64,000 nucleotides of DNA, taken from contig CBDCXR010000004.1 in NCBI GenBank assembly GCA_965223845.1, positions 3,520,001-3,584,000 of the forward strand, written 5' to 3'. The position numbers were made by a program, and so were the translations under genes. The notes under the pieces were generated by a model, which ran no database searches, had not been told where the DNA came from, and was given only the letters and a program-made list of their open reading frames with translations. The DNA comes from Planctomycetota bacterium. GTDB taxonomy: Bacteria > Planctomycetota > UBA8108 > SXIK01. This document shows positions 19,228 through 28,708 of the stretch, one piece after another; position 1 is the first letter of the stretch; each line of letters opens with the position of its first letter.

Positions 19228-20478
19228 TCAACCCGCGAGGTGCTTCTTCACCCAACCCTCGTTCCCGGGCGAGTACTCGTAGAGCGCGTCCTTGAGCGAA
19301 AGCCCCGTGACGTCGATGCGACCGGGGTCGTGCGCTCCGATCCCCGCCTTCGCGAGAAGCTCGAGGTGGTTGTCGCCGCGCCAAACATCCTCGCCGCGGC
19401 CCGCCAGAGGATCGTAGCCCATCGCGGCCACGCAAACGGCGTCGACGTTGACCCCGTTTCGTCCCGCGACGACGAGACCGGGCTCGACCGGCTTCACGCC
19501 CGGGATCCAGGGGCCCTCGCCGCCCTTACACGACTCGATTCCCTCGACGATCGAAAGATCGGCGGGACGGGCGCCGAAGAGATCGGCCGTGACGCGCGGG
19601 ACGCGATGAAACGCGCAGAAACTCTTCTCGAGCGCCCCCCAGCCGTCGTAGCGCTCCGCCGTGATGCCGGCGGGCGGTTTCCGGCGACCGAAATGAAAGT
19701 TGAGCCCGCGGTTTTCCGTCGAGCGTTCGTTGTACGAGTCGTTGCCGTAGAGAGACGTCGGCGCGATTCCGAAGAGGTTCTTCACCGCTCCGGTGAACCC
19801 CGCGTTCGCGTGATTCTTCAGCTTCGCGATCGAGATCACGACGTCCGTGTCCTGATACCGGCGATTCAGGTGATAGGCCGGGTAGATGTATCCGCCCCAC
19901 GGAACGCTCAGCTTTACGTAGTCGTCGAACGAGCCGCGGTTTCGAGTGTCCTCGAACAGGACCTTCTGGTCGCCGGCGGACATCAGCCGCTCGATCTTCC
20001 AACCTTGGCGCTTCAGAATCTCGGCCGGGTCGAGGTTTCGGTAGTAGCTCTCGACGAGATAGATCCGCTTCGCGCCGTGCTTCGCGAGGAGACCGCACAG
20101 CGCCTCGATCATATTCGGGTGCACCTGATAGGTGCGCTCCGCCGGACGACCGCCGAGCCGCCGTCGCCCGTCGCCCGTCGTGTTCAGTTTCACCGTGACG
20201 GTCTTCCCGCCGACGACGGGGCGGAGTCCTCCGGTGCGATCGAACAGATCCTCCAGCGTCGCCGCGAGCTTCGGAACTTCGAACGCGCGGCAGCGCGCGA
20301 CCCCGACCGGAAGCGCGGGCGCGGACGCCGAGAGATCCTTCGCGAGCTCGATCGGCGGAAGATCCGCGACCTCCACCGATTCGGCGCGGGCCCCGGCGAC
20401 GGGAACCACGGCGGCGGCCGCCGTGCCGAGAGTCGTTTCACGCAGGAACGTACGCCGGCTGTAGGGACGCTGCTTCAT
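19228..20478 (-). CDS. DUF362 domain protein, Tat-exported
   Basis: SRRTFL Tat motif; VTVKLN, ISIAKLKNH, TGAVKNLFG, VDAVCVAAMGYDP. Confidence 0.85.
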   Translation of the reverse strand: MKQRPYSRRTFLRETTLGTAAAAVVPVAGARAESVEVADLPPIELAKDLSASAPALPVGVARCRAFEVPKLAATLEDLFDRTGGLRPVVGGKTVTVKLNTTGDGRRRLGGRPAERTYQVHPNMIEALCGLLAKHGAKRIYLVESYYRNLDPAEILKRQGWKIERLMSAGDQKVLFEDTRNRGSFDDYVKLSVPWGGYIYPAYHLNRRYQDTDVVISIAKLKNHANAGFTGAVKNLFGIAPTSLYGNDSYNERSTENRGLNFHFGRRKPPAGITAERYDGWGALEKSFCAFHRVPRVTADLFGARPADLSIVEGIESCKGGEGPWIPGVKPVEPGLVVAGRNGVNVDAVCVAAMGYDPLAGRGEDVWRGDNHLELLAKAGIGAHDPGRIDVTGLSLKDALYEYSPGNEGWVKKHLAG

Positions 20479-20576
20479 CGCGGGACCTCGTGCTCGGAAG
20501 ATTCTCGGAGTCGGTCGACCTCACCCGCCCGCGGCCGCGCGCGGATGGTGCTGGGACGATGCTACCGACGCGCGGA

Positions 20577-21551
20577 TCAGAGCCTCAAGACGATTTTGCC
20601 GCGGTTCGCGTTCGTCTCCATGTACTCGTGCGCGGCGCGAACCTCGTCGAACGGAAACACGCGGTCCATGACCGGAACCAGCTCGCCGGTCTCGACGCGA
20701 GGGAGGACGAGCTCCCGGATGTCGGCGGCGATGGCCGCGCGATCGTCCGCAGACCGATGGCGGAGATTCGTCGCGAGGAGACGAAGCCGCTTCCGGATGA
20801 GAACGCCGAGGTTCACCTCGACGCGCGCACCGCCGACGAGACCGATGAGGACGTGCCGACCGCCTTCGCGCAGTGCACGCGCGTTCTCCTCCCAGTGCTT
20901 CGCGCCGACGAGATCGAGGACGACATCGACACCTCCGGGAACCTCCGCACGAACGACGTCGGCGAAACTTTCTTCGCGGTAGAGAACCGCGCGCTCAGCT
21001 CCGAGCTTACGACACAGCTTCGCCTTCTCCTTCGAACTCACCGTGGTGAACACGCGCGCACCGGTGGCCCGCGCGAGCTGGATCGCCGCGCTGCCGACTC
21101 CGCTCGCACCGGCGTGGACGAGCACCGACTCGCCGTAGGCGAGCCCTCCCACTCGGATCAAGCTCTCGAGCGCGGTCGAGTAGGCCTCGGGGATCGCCGC
21201 CGCGGCGTCGTACGACAGCGTCTCGGGGATCCGCAGCACTTCGGTCGCCGGTACGCCGACGAAGTCCGCGTAGCCGCCGCCCGGGACGAGCCCGCAAACC
21301 GAATCGCCGACTTCGAACCCGCCCGATCCGTCGCCGGCGTCGGCGACCTCGCCCGCGAACTCAAGCCCGAGAACGTCGGTCACCCCTTCGGGCGGCGGGT
21401 AGAGGCCGCGGCGCTGGAGGAGATCCGCGCGGTTGAGCGCCGTCGCGAACACCCGGACGAGTACCTCACCCGGCCAGAGTTCCGGACGCGGACGCTCGAC
21501 GATCTCGAGAACGTCGGGGTCGCCCACTTCGCTGCAGATCACCGCTCTCAC
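20577..21551 (-). CDS. NAD(P)H-quinone oxidoreductase (PIG3/zeta-crystallin-like MDR)
   Basis: ALNRADLLQRRGLYPPP, LGLEFAG, HAGASGVG, GKIVL. Confidence 0.95.
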   Translation of the reverse strand: MRAVICSEVGDPDVLEIVERPRPELWPGEVLVRVFATALNRADLLQRRGLYPPPEGVTDVLGLEFAGEVADAGDGSGGFEVGDSVCGLVPGGGYADFVGVPATEVLRIPETLSYDAAAAIPEAYSTALESLIRVGGLAYGESVLVHAGASGVGSAAIQLARATGARVFTTVSSKEKAKLCRKLGAERAVLYREESFADVVRAEVPGGVDVVLDLVGAKHWEENARALREGGRHVLIGLVGGARVEVNLGVLIRKRLRLLATNLRHRSADDRAAIAADIRELVLPRVETGELVPVMDRVFPFDEVRAAHEYMETNANRGKIVLRL

Positions 21552-21682
21552 GTTCGAGTCCTTCCGAAAACGCGGCCCCAGCCACGGAAATGAACGGATC
21601 GACTGGAGTCAGCGCTCGTTCACAGCCGATCGATAGCGATGGAAACCCCTCTCTTTCCCGCACCGCAGGAACAGGAGACCCC

Positions 21683-21964
21683 ATGAAGACTCGCCCCTTC
21701 TTCGCCACCCTCGCCCTGGGCGCCCTCTGCTTCGGCGGGATCCTCGCGATGTTCTCCCAGTCTAGCTCGGCGACGTCCAGAGTGCGCTCGACGACCGGAT
21801 TCGGCAACCACATCTCGCTCAACCCGTCCGCGCGCAAGGATCGCTCCTTCGACGAGACGGTCGAGCGCGTGATCCGCTCGGGGCTCGAGCCGCGCGTCGA
21901 AAAAGCGTCGAGCTCGGACGACGGAAACGCGAAGCCGCGACGAAACGTTCTCCGGCTGCGCTAG
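21683..21964 (+). CDS. Small hypothetical exported protein (93 aa)
   Basis: AGGAG SD before ATG 21683; signal-peptide-like N-terminus MKTRPFFATLALGALCFGGILAMF. Confidence 0.55.
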   Translation: MKTRPFFATLALGALCFGGILAMFSQSSSATSRVRSTTGFGNHISLNPSARKDRSFDETVERVIRSGLEPRVEKASSSDDGNAKPRRNVLRLR

Positions 21965-22299
21965 CGGCGCTTCTTCATTCCGCCGAACAGGGCGATCACG
22001 AGCGCCACTACCATGAGCGTGCTGACGACCGCGACTGCGAGCGCGATCGAGTTGGCACCGCCCTGGTTGTAGTATCGGAAGCCCATCATCCCGGCGTTCG
22101 CGCCGGCGACGACCGCACCGACAAGGAATCCCGTCCGCGGACGCTTGAGCGAAAGAAAGCACGCGTAGAGGCTGAGAGCGCCTCCGATTCCGCCGGCGAT
22201 GATCGAGGGGAGGCTCCCGGTCTGCGCGTAGCCGATCCCCCCGCCGATCATGAGGAACAAACCGTAGAGGACCAGTAGAATCCGGGCTGCTATGCGCAT
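21961..22299 (-). CDS. TMEM14 family membrane protein
   Basis: YGLFLMIGGGIGYAQTGSLPSIIAGG signature; GGAAGAGG SD. Confidence 0.88.
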   Translation of the reverse strand: MRIAARILLVLYGLFLMIGGGIGYAQTGSLPSIIAGGIGGALSLYACFLSLKRPRTGFLVGAVVAGANAGMMGFRYYNQGGANSIALAVAVVSTLMVVALVIALFGGMKKRR

Positions 22300-22413
22300 C
22301 CTCTTCCTTCTCCGCTCGAACCATGCGCTCCGGGGACGCGCGGCCGCAGTCTGAGTGCCGAGCTCCGCTCGACGGCTCGCCGAGGCCGCCCCGTCCCGCT
22401 CACGCCCTTACCG

Positions 22414-23583
22414 TTACGCCTTCAGCGTATCGTCGTGCCGGCTGAAACTCGGCGCCGCGTCGCCGCGGTGCACGTTCGCGAGAGCGAGTCGCGCGCCGTC
22501 ACGCTTGTCGACGTCGTTGTCTTCCCACTCGATGTTCACCGCGCCGTCGAAGCCGGCCCGGTTGAGCTCGATGATGATCTCCTCGACCGAAACCGCGTCG
22601 CGCGCCGTCCCGGCGGTCACGAAATTCCACCCGTTGTGCTTCGTTCCCATGTCGCGGTGCCCACCGAGGAGGCCGCCGCGGCAATGGTCGCGCACGACCT
22701 GCACGCCTTTGATGTGCGCCGAGTAGATGTGCTCGCCGTGCGCACGGATGAACTCGACCCCCGAGACGTTTTGCCACTCCATGTGCGAGGCGTCGAAATT
22801 GAACCCGGCGACATCGCCGTAACCGGCGCCGGCCATCGCCTCGAGAAAATCGCCGGCCGATTCGATGTCGCCCATCGCGCGCTCGGTGGGATGGCACTCG
22901 AGGCCGAACTTCGTTCCGTACTTCTTGCACGCCTCGAACACGGGGCCGAACCGCTCGGCGAGGAGCTCGAAGCTCACGTCCCGAACGTCGCGGATGTCGT
23001 ATCCACCGATGTTGCTCGGGGGAGGCGGGAACTGAAAGAAGCTCGCCCAGCAGTTTGCGGGCGAACCGACGAAGCCCGGGACGACGACGATGCGGTCCTG
23101 CTCCTTCCCGAGGAAGTGGGCGAGCCGAACGGCGTTCACCAGGTGACGCTGTGACGTTTGGTGGATCAAGGCGCCGACCTCGCTCGGAACGAAGTACGGA
23201 TCCTCGCGGGGCGGCTCGTTGCCGGCGGCGCGCCAGGACCGGTAGGCTTCGACCGCCTCGCCGCCGACGAACTGAAGCGTTTTCGCACTCGGCTCGTCAC
23301 CCAAAGCTTGCCCCTGAAGATGAACTGCGACGGTGAAGATCTCGAGTCCGTGGGCCTTGGCCTTCCCGACTCGCTCCTTCGCGTAGGCCTCGGCGCCGGC
23401 ATCGTCATCGCAGCGGTCGAGATCGAGCTCCCACGCCGCCTCTTCCCAGCCATCGTAGCCGAGCTCGGAGATGAAACCGATCCATTCGTCGTAATCAATA
23501 TCGCCGAACTGACCGCGGACGAGTCCGATCTGATGGTAGGAGTGCTTCCCTCGTCGATGTTGAGTAGTTTGCTTGAAGCCCAC
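22414..23583 (-). CDS. Sugar phosphate isomerase/epimerase (TIM barrel, AP endonuclease 2 family)
   Basis: GTG 23583 with GGAGG SD; LECHP, NFDASH, HIK, IEWED metal-ligand motifs. Confidence 0.88.
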   Translation of the reverse strand: MGFKQTTQHRRGKHSYHQIGLVRGQFGDIDYDEWIGFISELGYDGWEEAAWELDLDRCDDDAGAEAYAKERVGKAKAHGLEIFTVAVHLQGQALGDEPSAKTLQFVGGEAVEAYRSWRAAGNEPPREDPYFVPSEVGALIHQTSQRHLVNAVRLAHFLGKEQDRIVVVPGFVGSPANCWASFFQFPPPPSNIGGYDIRDVRDVSFELLAERFGPVFEACKKYGTKFGLECHPTERAMGDIESAGDFLEAMAGAGYGDVAGFNFDASHMEWQNVSGVEFIRAHGEHIYSAHIKGVQVVRDHCRGGLLGGHRDMGTKHNGWNFVTAGTARDAVSVEEIIIELNRAGFDGAVNIEWEDNDVDKRDGARLALANVHRGDAAPSFSRHDDTLKA

Positions 23584-23821
23584 GGGTCGACCTCCGTTCG
23601 TCACCTGACCGTCGCTGCGGCCCATCGATCAATTCAGTCCATCGAATTCGTCGAGACCTCGTTGACCGGGCGGGGAAACGGGTCCGCGAGCGGTAAACGC
23701 TAACAAGAAGCCCCGATTCCTGCAACAGCGGGCGAGCGTCGAAGCCTTGAGCTAGCGCGCCCAGAATCGCTCCTTGGGACGCCGATTCGCGCTCGCCGGA
23801 TCGGTGCTCCCGCCGCGTCGG

Positions 23822-23851
23822 TTGCGCCCGTTCGGCAGGCGGTGCTACACT
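23822..23851 (+). promoter_or_regulatory. Sigma-70-type promoter upstream of the CNNM/hemolysin gene
   Basis: TTGCGC-N18-TACACT with extended -10 TG at 23843-23844. Confidence 0.5.
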
Positions 23852-24172
23852 CTGAGCGGTCTGCGGTGAGGATCCGCGCCCGTGCGCGCGTAGACCTCGC
23901 GCAAGCGAAGCCCGCGGAGGGCGTTCGCGCTCGCTCGTGGGGACTCGAGGGGAGAGGTTCTCCCCCACGCGCGCTTCGCCGTCGGCGTCGCCCGCAGGCC
24001 GCCGCCCCCCAGCTGGGAGTCGAATCTCGGTCGGCCCAACGCGAACGCAGTTTTGTTTCGCGACGGGACCGATCCGCGATGGCGCCGCGTCGAAGCGGCG
24101 ACGAAGCGCGCTGCGGCCCGCGAGCCGCGTCGGGTCGACTCCTCTGGTGGGACGGGCTGGTCAGCACACTCG

Positions 24173-25318
24173 ATGACGACCTTACTGCTCTTCTACGTAT
24201 TGCCGCTGCTCGTCTTCTCTGGACTCACGTCCATGATCGAAGCGGCGCTCTTTAGTGTGCCCATCTCTAGGGTCCACGTCGCCGTGGAACAGAAGCGTCG
24301 CGGCGCGCGTCGACTCCTCGCGATCCAAGAGAATCTCCAGCGGCCGATCGCGACCATCGTCATCCTGAACAACGCGATCAATATCGTCGGCTCGTCCTAC
24401 ATCGGACGCGCGTCGGTCGAAGTGCTTCGCGCGAGCACCTGGATCGAGAGTTTCGGCGATCGCTCGACCGCCCTCGAAACCGCCGTCGGCGCGTTCACCG
24501 CTCTTCTCACTCTACTCGTCATCGTGTTTGCCGAGATCATCCCGAAGACGATCGGCGAGCGCTTCGCGGAGCCCATTTCACTCGTCGCCTCGGGCCCGGT
24601 TCGGTTCCTGACGGCCGCGATGTTCCCACTCGTCGTTCTCATCGAACAGATCTCGAGCCCCTTCGCGCGGAAGGAAGCCCCGCCCGTCAGCGAAGAGGAA
24701 ATCAGTGCGATGGCGCGAGTCGCCAACACATCGGGAAGCATCACCGTCGACGAAGGCGAGCTCATTCAAAACGCGTTCACGCTCAATGACCGCACCGCCA
24801 AGGACCTCATGACCCATCGTCTGGAGCTCTCCTACCTCGCCGCGGATACGAAGCTCGGCGATTTGAATCCGGCGGAGCTCCACTCCGACTACAGTCGCAT
24901 CTTGGTCGCCGATGAGGGCGACCTCGACAAGATCAACGGCGTGGCCTACCTGCGCGATTTGCTCCTCGCGCTCGCGGAAGGACAGACTGGCCGCGTCGTC
25001 GACTCATTTCGCGAGAAAGTGCAGTTCGTCTACGAAGGAATGCCGGCGCACCGGCTCCTTCGCGAATTCCAGCGGACGCGTCAGCACCTCTTCGTCGTCG
25101 TCGACGAATACGGCGGGACGAGCGGCGTCGTGACCCTCGAGGATGTCCTCGAAGAGCTCGTCGGCGAGATCGAGGACGAGCACGACGAGCGCGAAGCGAG
25201 CTACTCGTCGAGCGAGGCGAGCGGGGTGCGAAAAAAGGCGGACGAGAGTTCGCCGTCATCCGGACCCGACTCGTCGGAATCGGCCGCGGGTGATCGTGCG
25301 GCGGCGCGAACGCCCTAA
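24173..25318 (+). CDS. CNNM/hemolysin family protein (DUF21 + CBS pair; CorB/MpfA-like Mg2+ transporter)
   Basis: SMIEAALFS, TIVILNNAINI, FAEIIPKTIG, YSRILV, VVDEYGGTSGVVTLEDVLEELVGEIEDEHD; no CorC_HlyC tail. Confidence 0.92.
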   Translation: MTTLLLFYVLPLLVFSGLTSMIEAALFSVPISRVHVAVEQKRRGARRLLAIQENLQRPIATIVILNNAINIVGSSYIGRASVEVLRASTWIESFGDRSTALETAVGAFTALLTLLVIVFAEIIPKTIGERFAEPISLVASGPVRFLTAAMFPLVVLIEQISSPFARKEAPPVSEEEISAMARVANTSGSITVDEGELIQNAFTLNDRTAKDLMTHRLELSYLAADTKLGDLNPAELHSDYSRILVADEGDLDKINGVAYLRDLLLALAEGQTGRVVDSFREKVQFVYEGMPAHRLLREFQRTRQHLFVVVDEYGGTSGVVTLEDVLEELVGEIEDEHDEREASYSSSEASGVRKKADESSPSSGPDSSESAAGDRAAARTP

Positions 25319-25348
25319 CCCGGGATTCTCCCCAGATTCTACGGCGCC
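25315..25348. repeat. 34-bp imperfect direct repeat, copy 1 (downstream of sodA)
   Basis: CTAACCCGGGATTCTCCCCAGATTCTACGGCGCC; 29/34 identical to 26236-26269 by manual alignment. Confidence 0.75.
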
Positions 25349-25413
25349 ACCGCATGTCGCGAACCGAGCATCGGATGTGCCGCCGCCCTGTTTCGGGACC
25401 GAGCTCGCGCGCG

Positions 25414-25464
25414 AAAACGAAGGACGGCGACGGCCCCCACGTAGAGGCCGTCGCCGTCCTTCGT
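25414..25464 (-). terminator. Intrinsic terminator of sodA
   Basis: Perfect 19-bp stem (25417-25435 with 25446-25464) followed by a short U-run on the minus strand. Confidence 0.8.
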
Positions 25465-25513
25465 CCGGCTCGTCACGCGCGGCCGGACGGACCGTGCGAA
25501 CTTCCCACGTCCG

Positions 25514-26122
25514 TCAGCTCGCGTCCGCGTAGCGTCTCCCGACCTCGTCCCAATTCACCACGTTCCAAAACGCCTCGATGTAATCGGGGCGGCGGTTCTG
25601 GTAGTTGAGGTAGTACGCGTGTTCCCAGACGTCGAGTCCGAGGATCGGAGTCTGACCGTTCGTCCGGGGGTTGTCCTGGTTCGCCGTGCTCGTCACGGCG
25701 AGCTTGCCACCGTCGACGACGAGCCACGCCCAACCGGAGCCAAAACGCGTTGCCGCGGCGTTCGCGAACTGCGCCTTGAAGTCGTCGAAGCTTCCGAAGG
25801 CCGCGTCGATCGCCGCCGCGAGATCGCCACTCGGCGCGCCTCCCGCTCCCGGTCCCATCACTTGCCAGAAGAGCGAATGGTTCGCGTGGCCGCCGCCGTT
25901 GTTCTGAACGGCACCCCGGATCGCGTCCGGAACGTCGGCGAGTCCGGCCACGAGGTCGTCGATCGACTTCGCGGCGAGGTCCGCGTGCCCGTCGAGGGCG
26001 GCGTTCACCTTGTCGATGTAGGCCTGATGGTGCTTCGTGTGATGGATTTCCATCGTCCGCGCATCGATATGAGGCTCGAGCGCGTCGTACGCATAGGGCA
26101 GCGGCGGCAATTCGTACGCCAT
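25514..26122 (-). CDS. sodA: Superoxide dismutase, Mn-type
   Basis: [49 protein letters not shown] and QD are Mn-type signatures. Confidence 0.96.
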   Translation of the reverse strand: MAYELPPLPYAYDALEPHIDARTMEIHHTKHHQAYIDKVNAALDGHADLAAKSIDDLVAGLADVPDAIRGAVQNNGGGHANHSLFWQVMGPGAGGAPSGDLAAAIDAAFGSFDDFKAQFANAAATRFGSGWAWLVVDGGKLAVTSTANQDNPRTNGQTPILGLDVWEHAYYLNYQNRRPDYIEAFWNVVNWDEVGRRYADAS

Positions 26123-26235
26123 GACAGACTCCGCAGATCGGGTTGAGTCTTCCGAATCATTCGCGCTGCGGCCGTCGCCGCAGTCCGCGTAGGTCGGCTG
26201 CACCGCCGGTACGTTCGGCGCAGCGAGCGAGGATT

Positions 26236-26269
26236 CTAACCCGGATCTCTCGCCAGATTCTACTGCGCC
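26236..26269. repeat. 34-bp imperfect direct repeat, copy 2; overlaps the probable sodA promoter
   Basis: CTAACCCGGATCTCTCGCCAGATTCTACTGCGCC; the minus strand here carries two TAGAAT -10-like hexamers. Confidence 0.75.
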
Positions 26270-26291
26270 TCGCGTCGGCGCGGCAGATCGA

Positions 26292-27860
26292 TCAGAGGCG
26301 GTTGTTGACGAGCCGCCGCTCTCGATCGGCGATCTCGACCCCGAGCTGATAGACGAGCCGACTCACGCGTAGAATCTTGCCGTAGTTGATCTTGTCCGGC
26401 GTGTCGGTGACTTTGTGATAGTCGGGATGGAAACCCGCGAAGAAGAACGCGACGGGCACACCGAGCCGCGCGAAATTGTAGTGATCACTCCGGCGGTACA
26501 CCGACTCCATGTCGTACTCGAGCTCGAGTCCGACCGCGCCCGCCAGGCGCTGCACCCACGGATCGAGCTCGAGGCTGTGACGCCGCGACCCGACGACGTG
26601 AATCGTCGATTCGTTGTCCTCGGCCTTCTCGTCCTTCAGCTCCTCGTTCCGCCCGACCATGTCGAGCTGAATCTCGACGACCATCCGTTCGATCGGAAAC
26701 GGCGGGTGATCGGCGAAGTAACGCGAGCCGTGGAGACCCAGCTCTTCGGCGCCGAAAAACATGAAGACGAAGCTCCGACGCGGGCGCCGCTCGTTCTGTG
26801 TCAGCGCGCGCGCGACCGCGAGTACCGCGCTCACTCCGGAGGCGTCGTCGTCGGCGCCGTAGAAAATCTGATCGTTCCGTCGTCCCATGTGGTCGAGGTG
26901 CGCGCCGACGCCGACGTACTCGTCGCGGCGAGCCGCATCGGAGCCGCGGAGAACGCCGACGACGTTGCTCGACTCGAGTCGCCGTTCGTCGACGCCGACG
27001 TCGAGCTCGATCTCGAGCCCGCTCAGGGGGATCGCCTCCGGGCGCCGCCCATTCGCGAGCATCGCGCTCAGATCGCGACCAGCTCGAGCGAGGATCCGAT
27101 CCGCGACCGCGCGTGCGATGTAAACGACGCGCACGCCGTGTGGAATCCCGTCTCGCTCGAGCGCGAGCTCGATCGACTGGAGTCCCGTGCGGAGACCGCG
27201 CCCTCGCTCGGCTCGCGTATCGGAGACGATCACCAGACGGGTCGCCCCCCGGCGAATCGCCTCGACGTGCTCATCCCGAGTTCGCTCGGCTCGCGGAACG
27301 ATGAGAACGACGCTCTCGGCGAGATCGAATCCGCTGAAATCGTCGATCGCGTCGTCGCTCGCGCCCTCACCGAACCCGGCGAAGACCCACGGACGACGCC
27401 ACTCGATCGAGCCGATGCCGCGCGTCCCGACCGAGAGAGGGTCGATCTCTTCGGCCTCCCCGCTCGCGGAGACGATCTTCAGCCGCGCCTTCTGAAGGCC
27501 GCGACGCTGGACGAGCTCGAATTTTTGCAGATACGTGCCGTCGGCCGCACCCGGCTCGATCCCCCACGACTGAAGCATCGACGCGATGTACCGCGCGGCG
27601 ACCGCGTAGCCGCGCTGCCCCGTACCGCGCCCCTCGACCTCGGCGGATGCGAGGAACTCGAGCCACGCCCGAATCTCAGGTTCGCCCAGGTCGTAGAACC
27701 CGGGGTGGAACTCGGGCGCGAGCGAGGGGCTCGGAGCCGCCGCGGCCGGTGCGGCAGCGGGAGCCGCCGTATCGGCGAGGAGCGGCGGGAAAGCGAACAG
27801 AAGTCCCACCGCGAGGAAGAGCGCCGCACTCTTGGCGGCGACCGGCGTAGAGTTCGTCAT
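26292..27860 (-). CDS. M28 family peptidase with PA-like insert, exported
   Basis: Signal peptide; [43 protein letters not shown]. Confidence 0.93.
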   Translation of the reverse strand: MTNSTPVAAKSAALFLAVGLLFAFPPLLADTAAPAAAPAAAAPSPSLAPEFHPGFYDLGEPEIRAWLEFLASAEVEGRGTGQRGYAVAARYIASMLQSWGIEPGAADGTYLQKFELVQRRGLQKARLKIVSASGEAEEIDPLSVGTRGIGSIEWRRPWVFAGFGEGASDDAIDDFSGFDLAESVVLIVPRAERTRDEHVEAIRRGATRLVIVSDTRAERGRGLRTGLQSIELALERDGIPHGVRVVYIARAVADRILARAGRDLSAMLANGRRPEAIPLSGLEIELDVGVDERRLESSNVVGVLRGSDAARRDEYVGVGAHLDHMGRRNDQIFYGADDDASGVSAVLAVARALTQNERRPRRSFVFMFFGAEELGLHGSRYFADHPPFPIERMVVEIQLDMVGRNEELKDEKAEDNESTIHVVGSRRHSLELDPWVQRLAGAVGLELEYDMESVYRRSDHYNFARLGVPVAFFFAGFHPDYHKVTDTPDKINYGKILRVSRLVYQLGVEIADRERRLVNNRL

Positions 27861-28119
27861 TTGCAGATGCGACTTTCGGGCTCGAAGACGTACGTGCGCT
27901 CGGGACGGCGGCGTCCCGCATTCCAGCTCCGCCTCGGACGCTCACTCCCGGATTCCGGCGCTTTGGCACGAGGCTCGCGTGCCCGAAGTTCGCCTCACGG
28001 CGGGAACTTGTTCGAGGTCGGGGATGGGCGATCCGTCCGGCGGCTCGATTGCCGCGCAGCGGCATCGAGGGTCCCGAACGAGTCCGGCCTGCACCGGCCC
28101 TGGGCAGAGAAGCGAAGGC

Positions 28120-28147
28120 TTGAAATACCACCCCACGAGGCTAGGAT
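28120..28147 (+). promoter_or_regulatory. Sigma-70-type promoter upstream of cysG-cysH
   Basis: TTGAAA-N16-TAGGAT in the 850-bp divergent intergenic region. Confidence 0.5.
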
Positions 28148-28708
28148 GGACGATTCTCAAGGAGAACGGCGCGAAAGTGAAGCGAGGAGCGGAGGAATCC
28201 CTCCGCACCGTCGAATCGCAGAGACGGGGTCGCCCCGGATGTTCGCGTCGCGGCGGGGACCACCGTCTTCACCGCACCACACGCTCGACTCGAGCGAGCT
28301 TCACCGCGCGGATCGCATGAAACATCGCGGCATTGAACTGGTAACAAGCGGCGGGGTCGCATCGGGCACCCTTCGGTCGCGCGAACGTCGCCTGGGTGCC
28401 GGCGCCCGACGGACCGACCGGTGTACCTGTACCAGGGGAGCGCGGCCGCGCTCCCAGCTCCTCCGAACTGGCTCTGCCTGAGGGCTCGGCCCGGTCTCGC
28501 GCCGAGCGACGACGAGAGACCGTCGTCGTCGACGATCGGAAGCTCTCGCCGCGCGCGCACCCGAGATCGCTCGTCAGCACGGCTCGTATCGAGCGCACGG
28601 ACTCGGGAGGCTGCGGCAAAGCCCGACGGACTGTCTCCCCCGAGGGTAGCGGCCTCAGGCGGCACCGCGCGGTGCGTCGGATCCGGCGTCCATTCTTTCT
28701 CAAATGCG

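Noticed and set aside
25315-26269. Integron cassette or dif module interpretation of the sodA repeats
   Set aside because: No correctly formed RYYYAAC/GTTRRRY pair, no XerC/D arms and no integrase in the window.
27964-27979. TGGCACGAGGCTCGCG as a sigma-54 promoter
   Set aside because: Weak -12 (TCGC), lies within a GC hairpin, and is far from any plus-strand start.
28150-28700. SAM-I or cobalamin riboswitch before cysG
   Set aside because: Core consensus elements were not found by eye; an Rfam scan is needed to exclude them formally.
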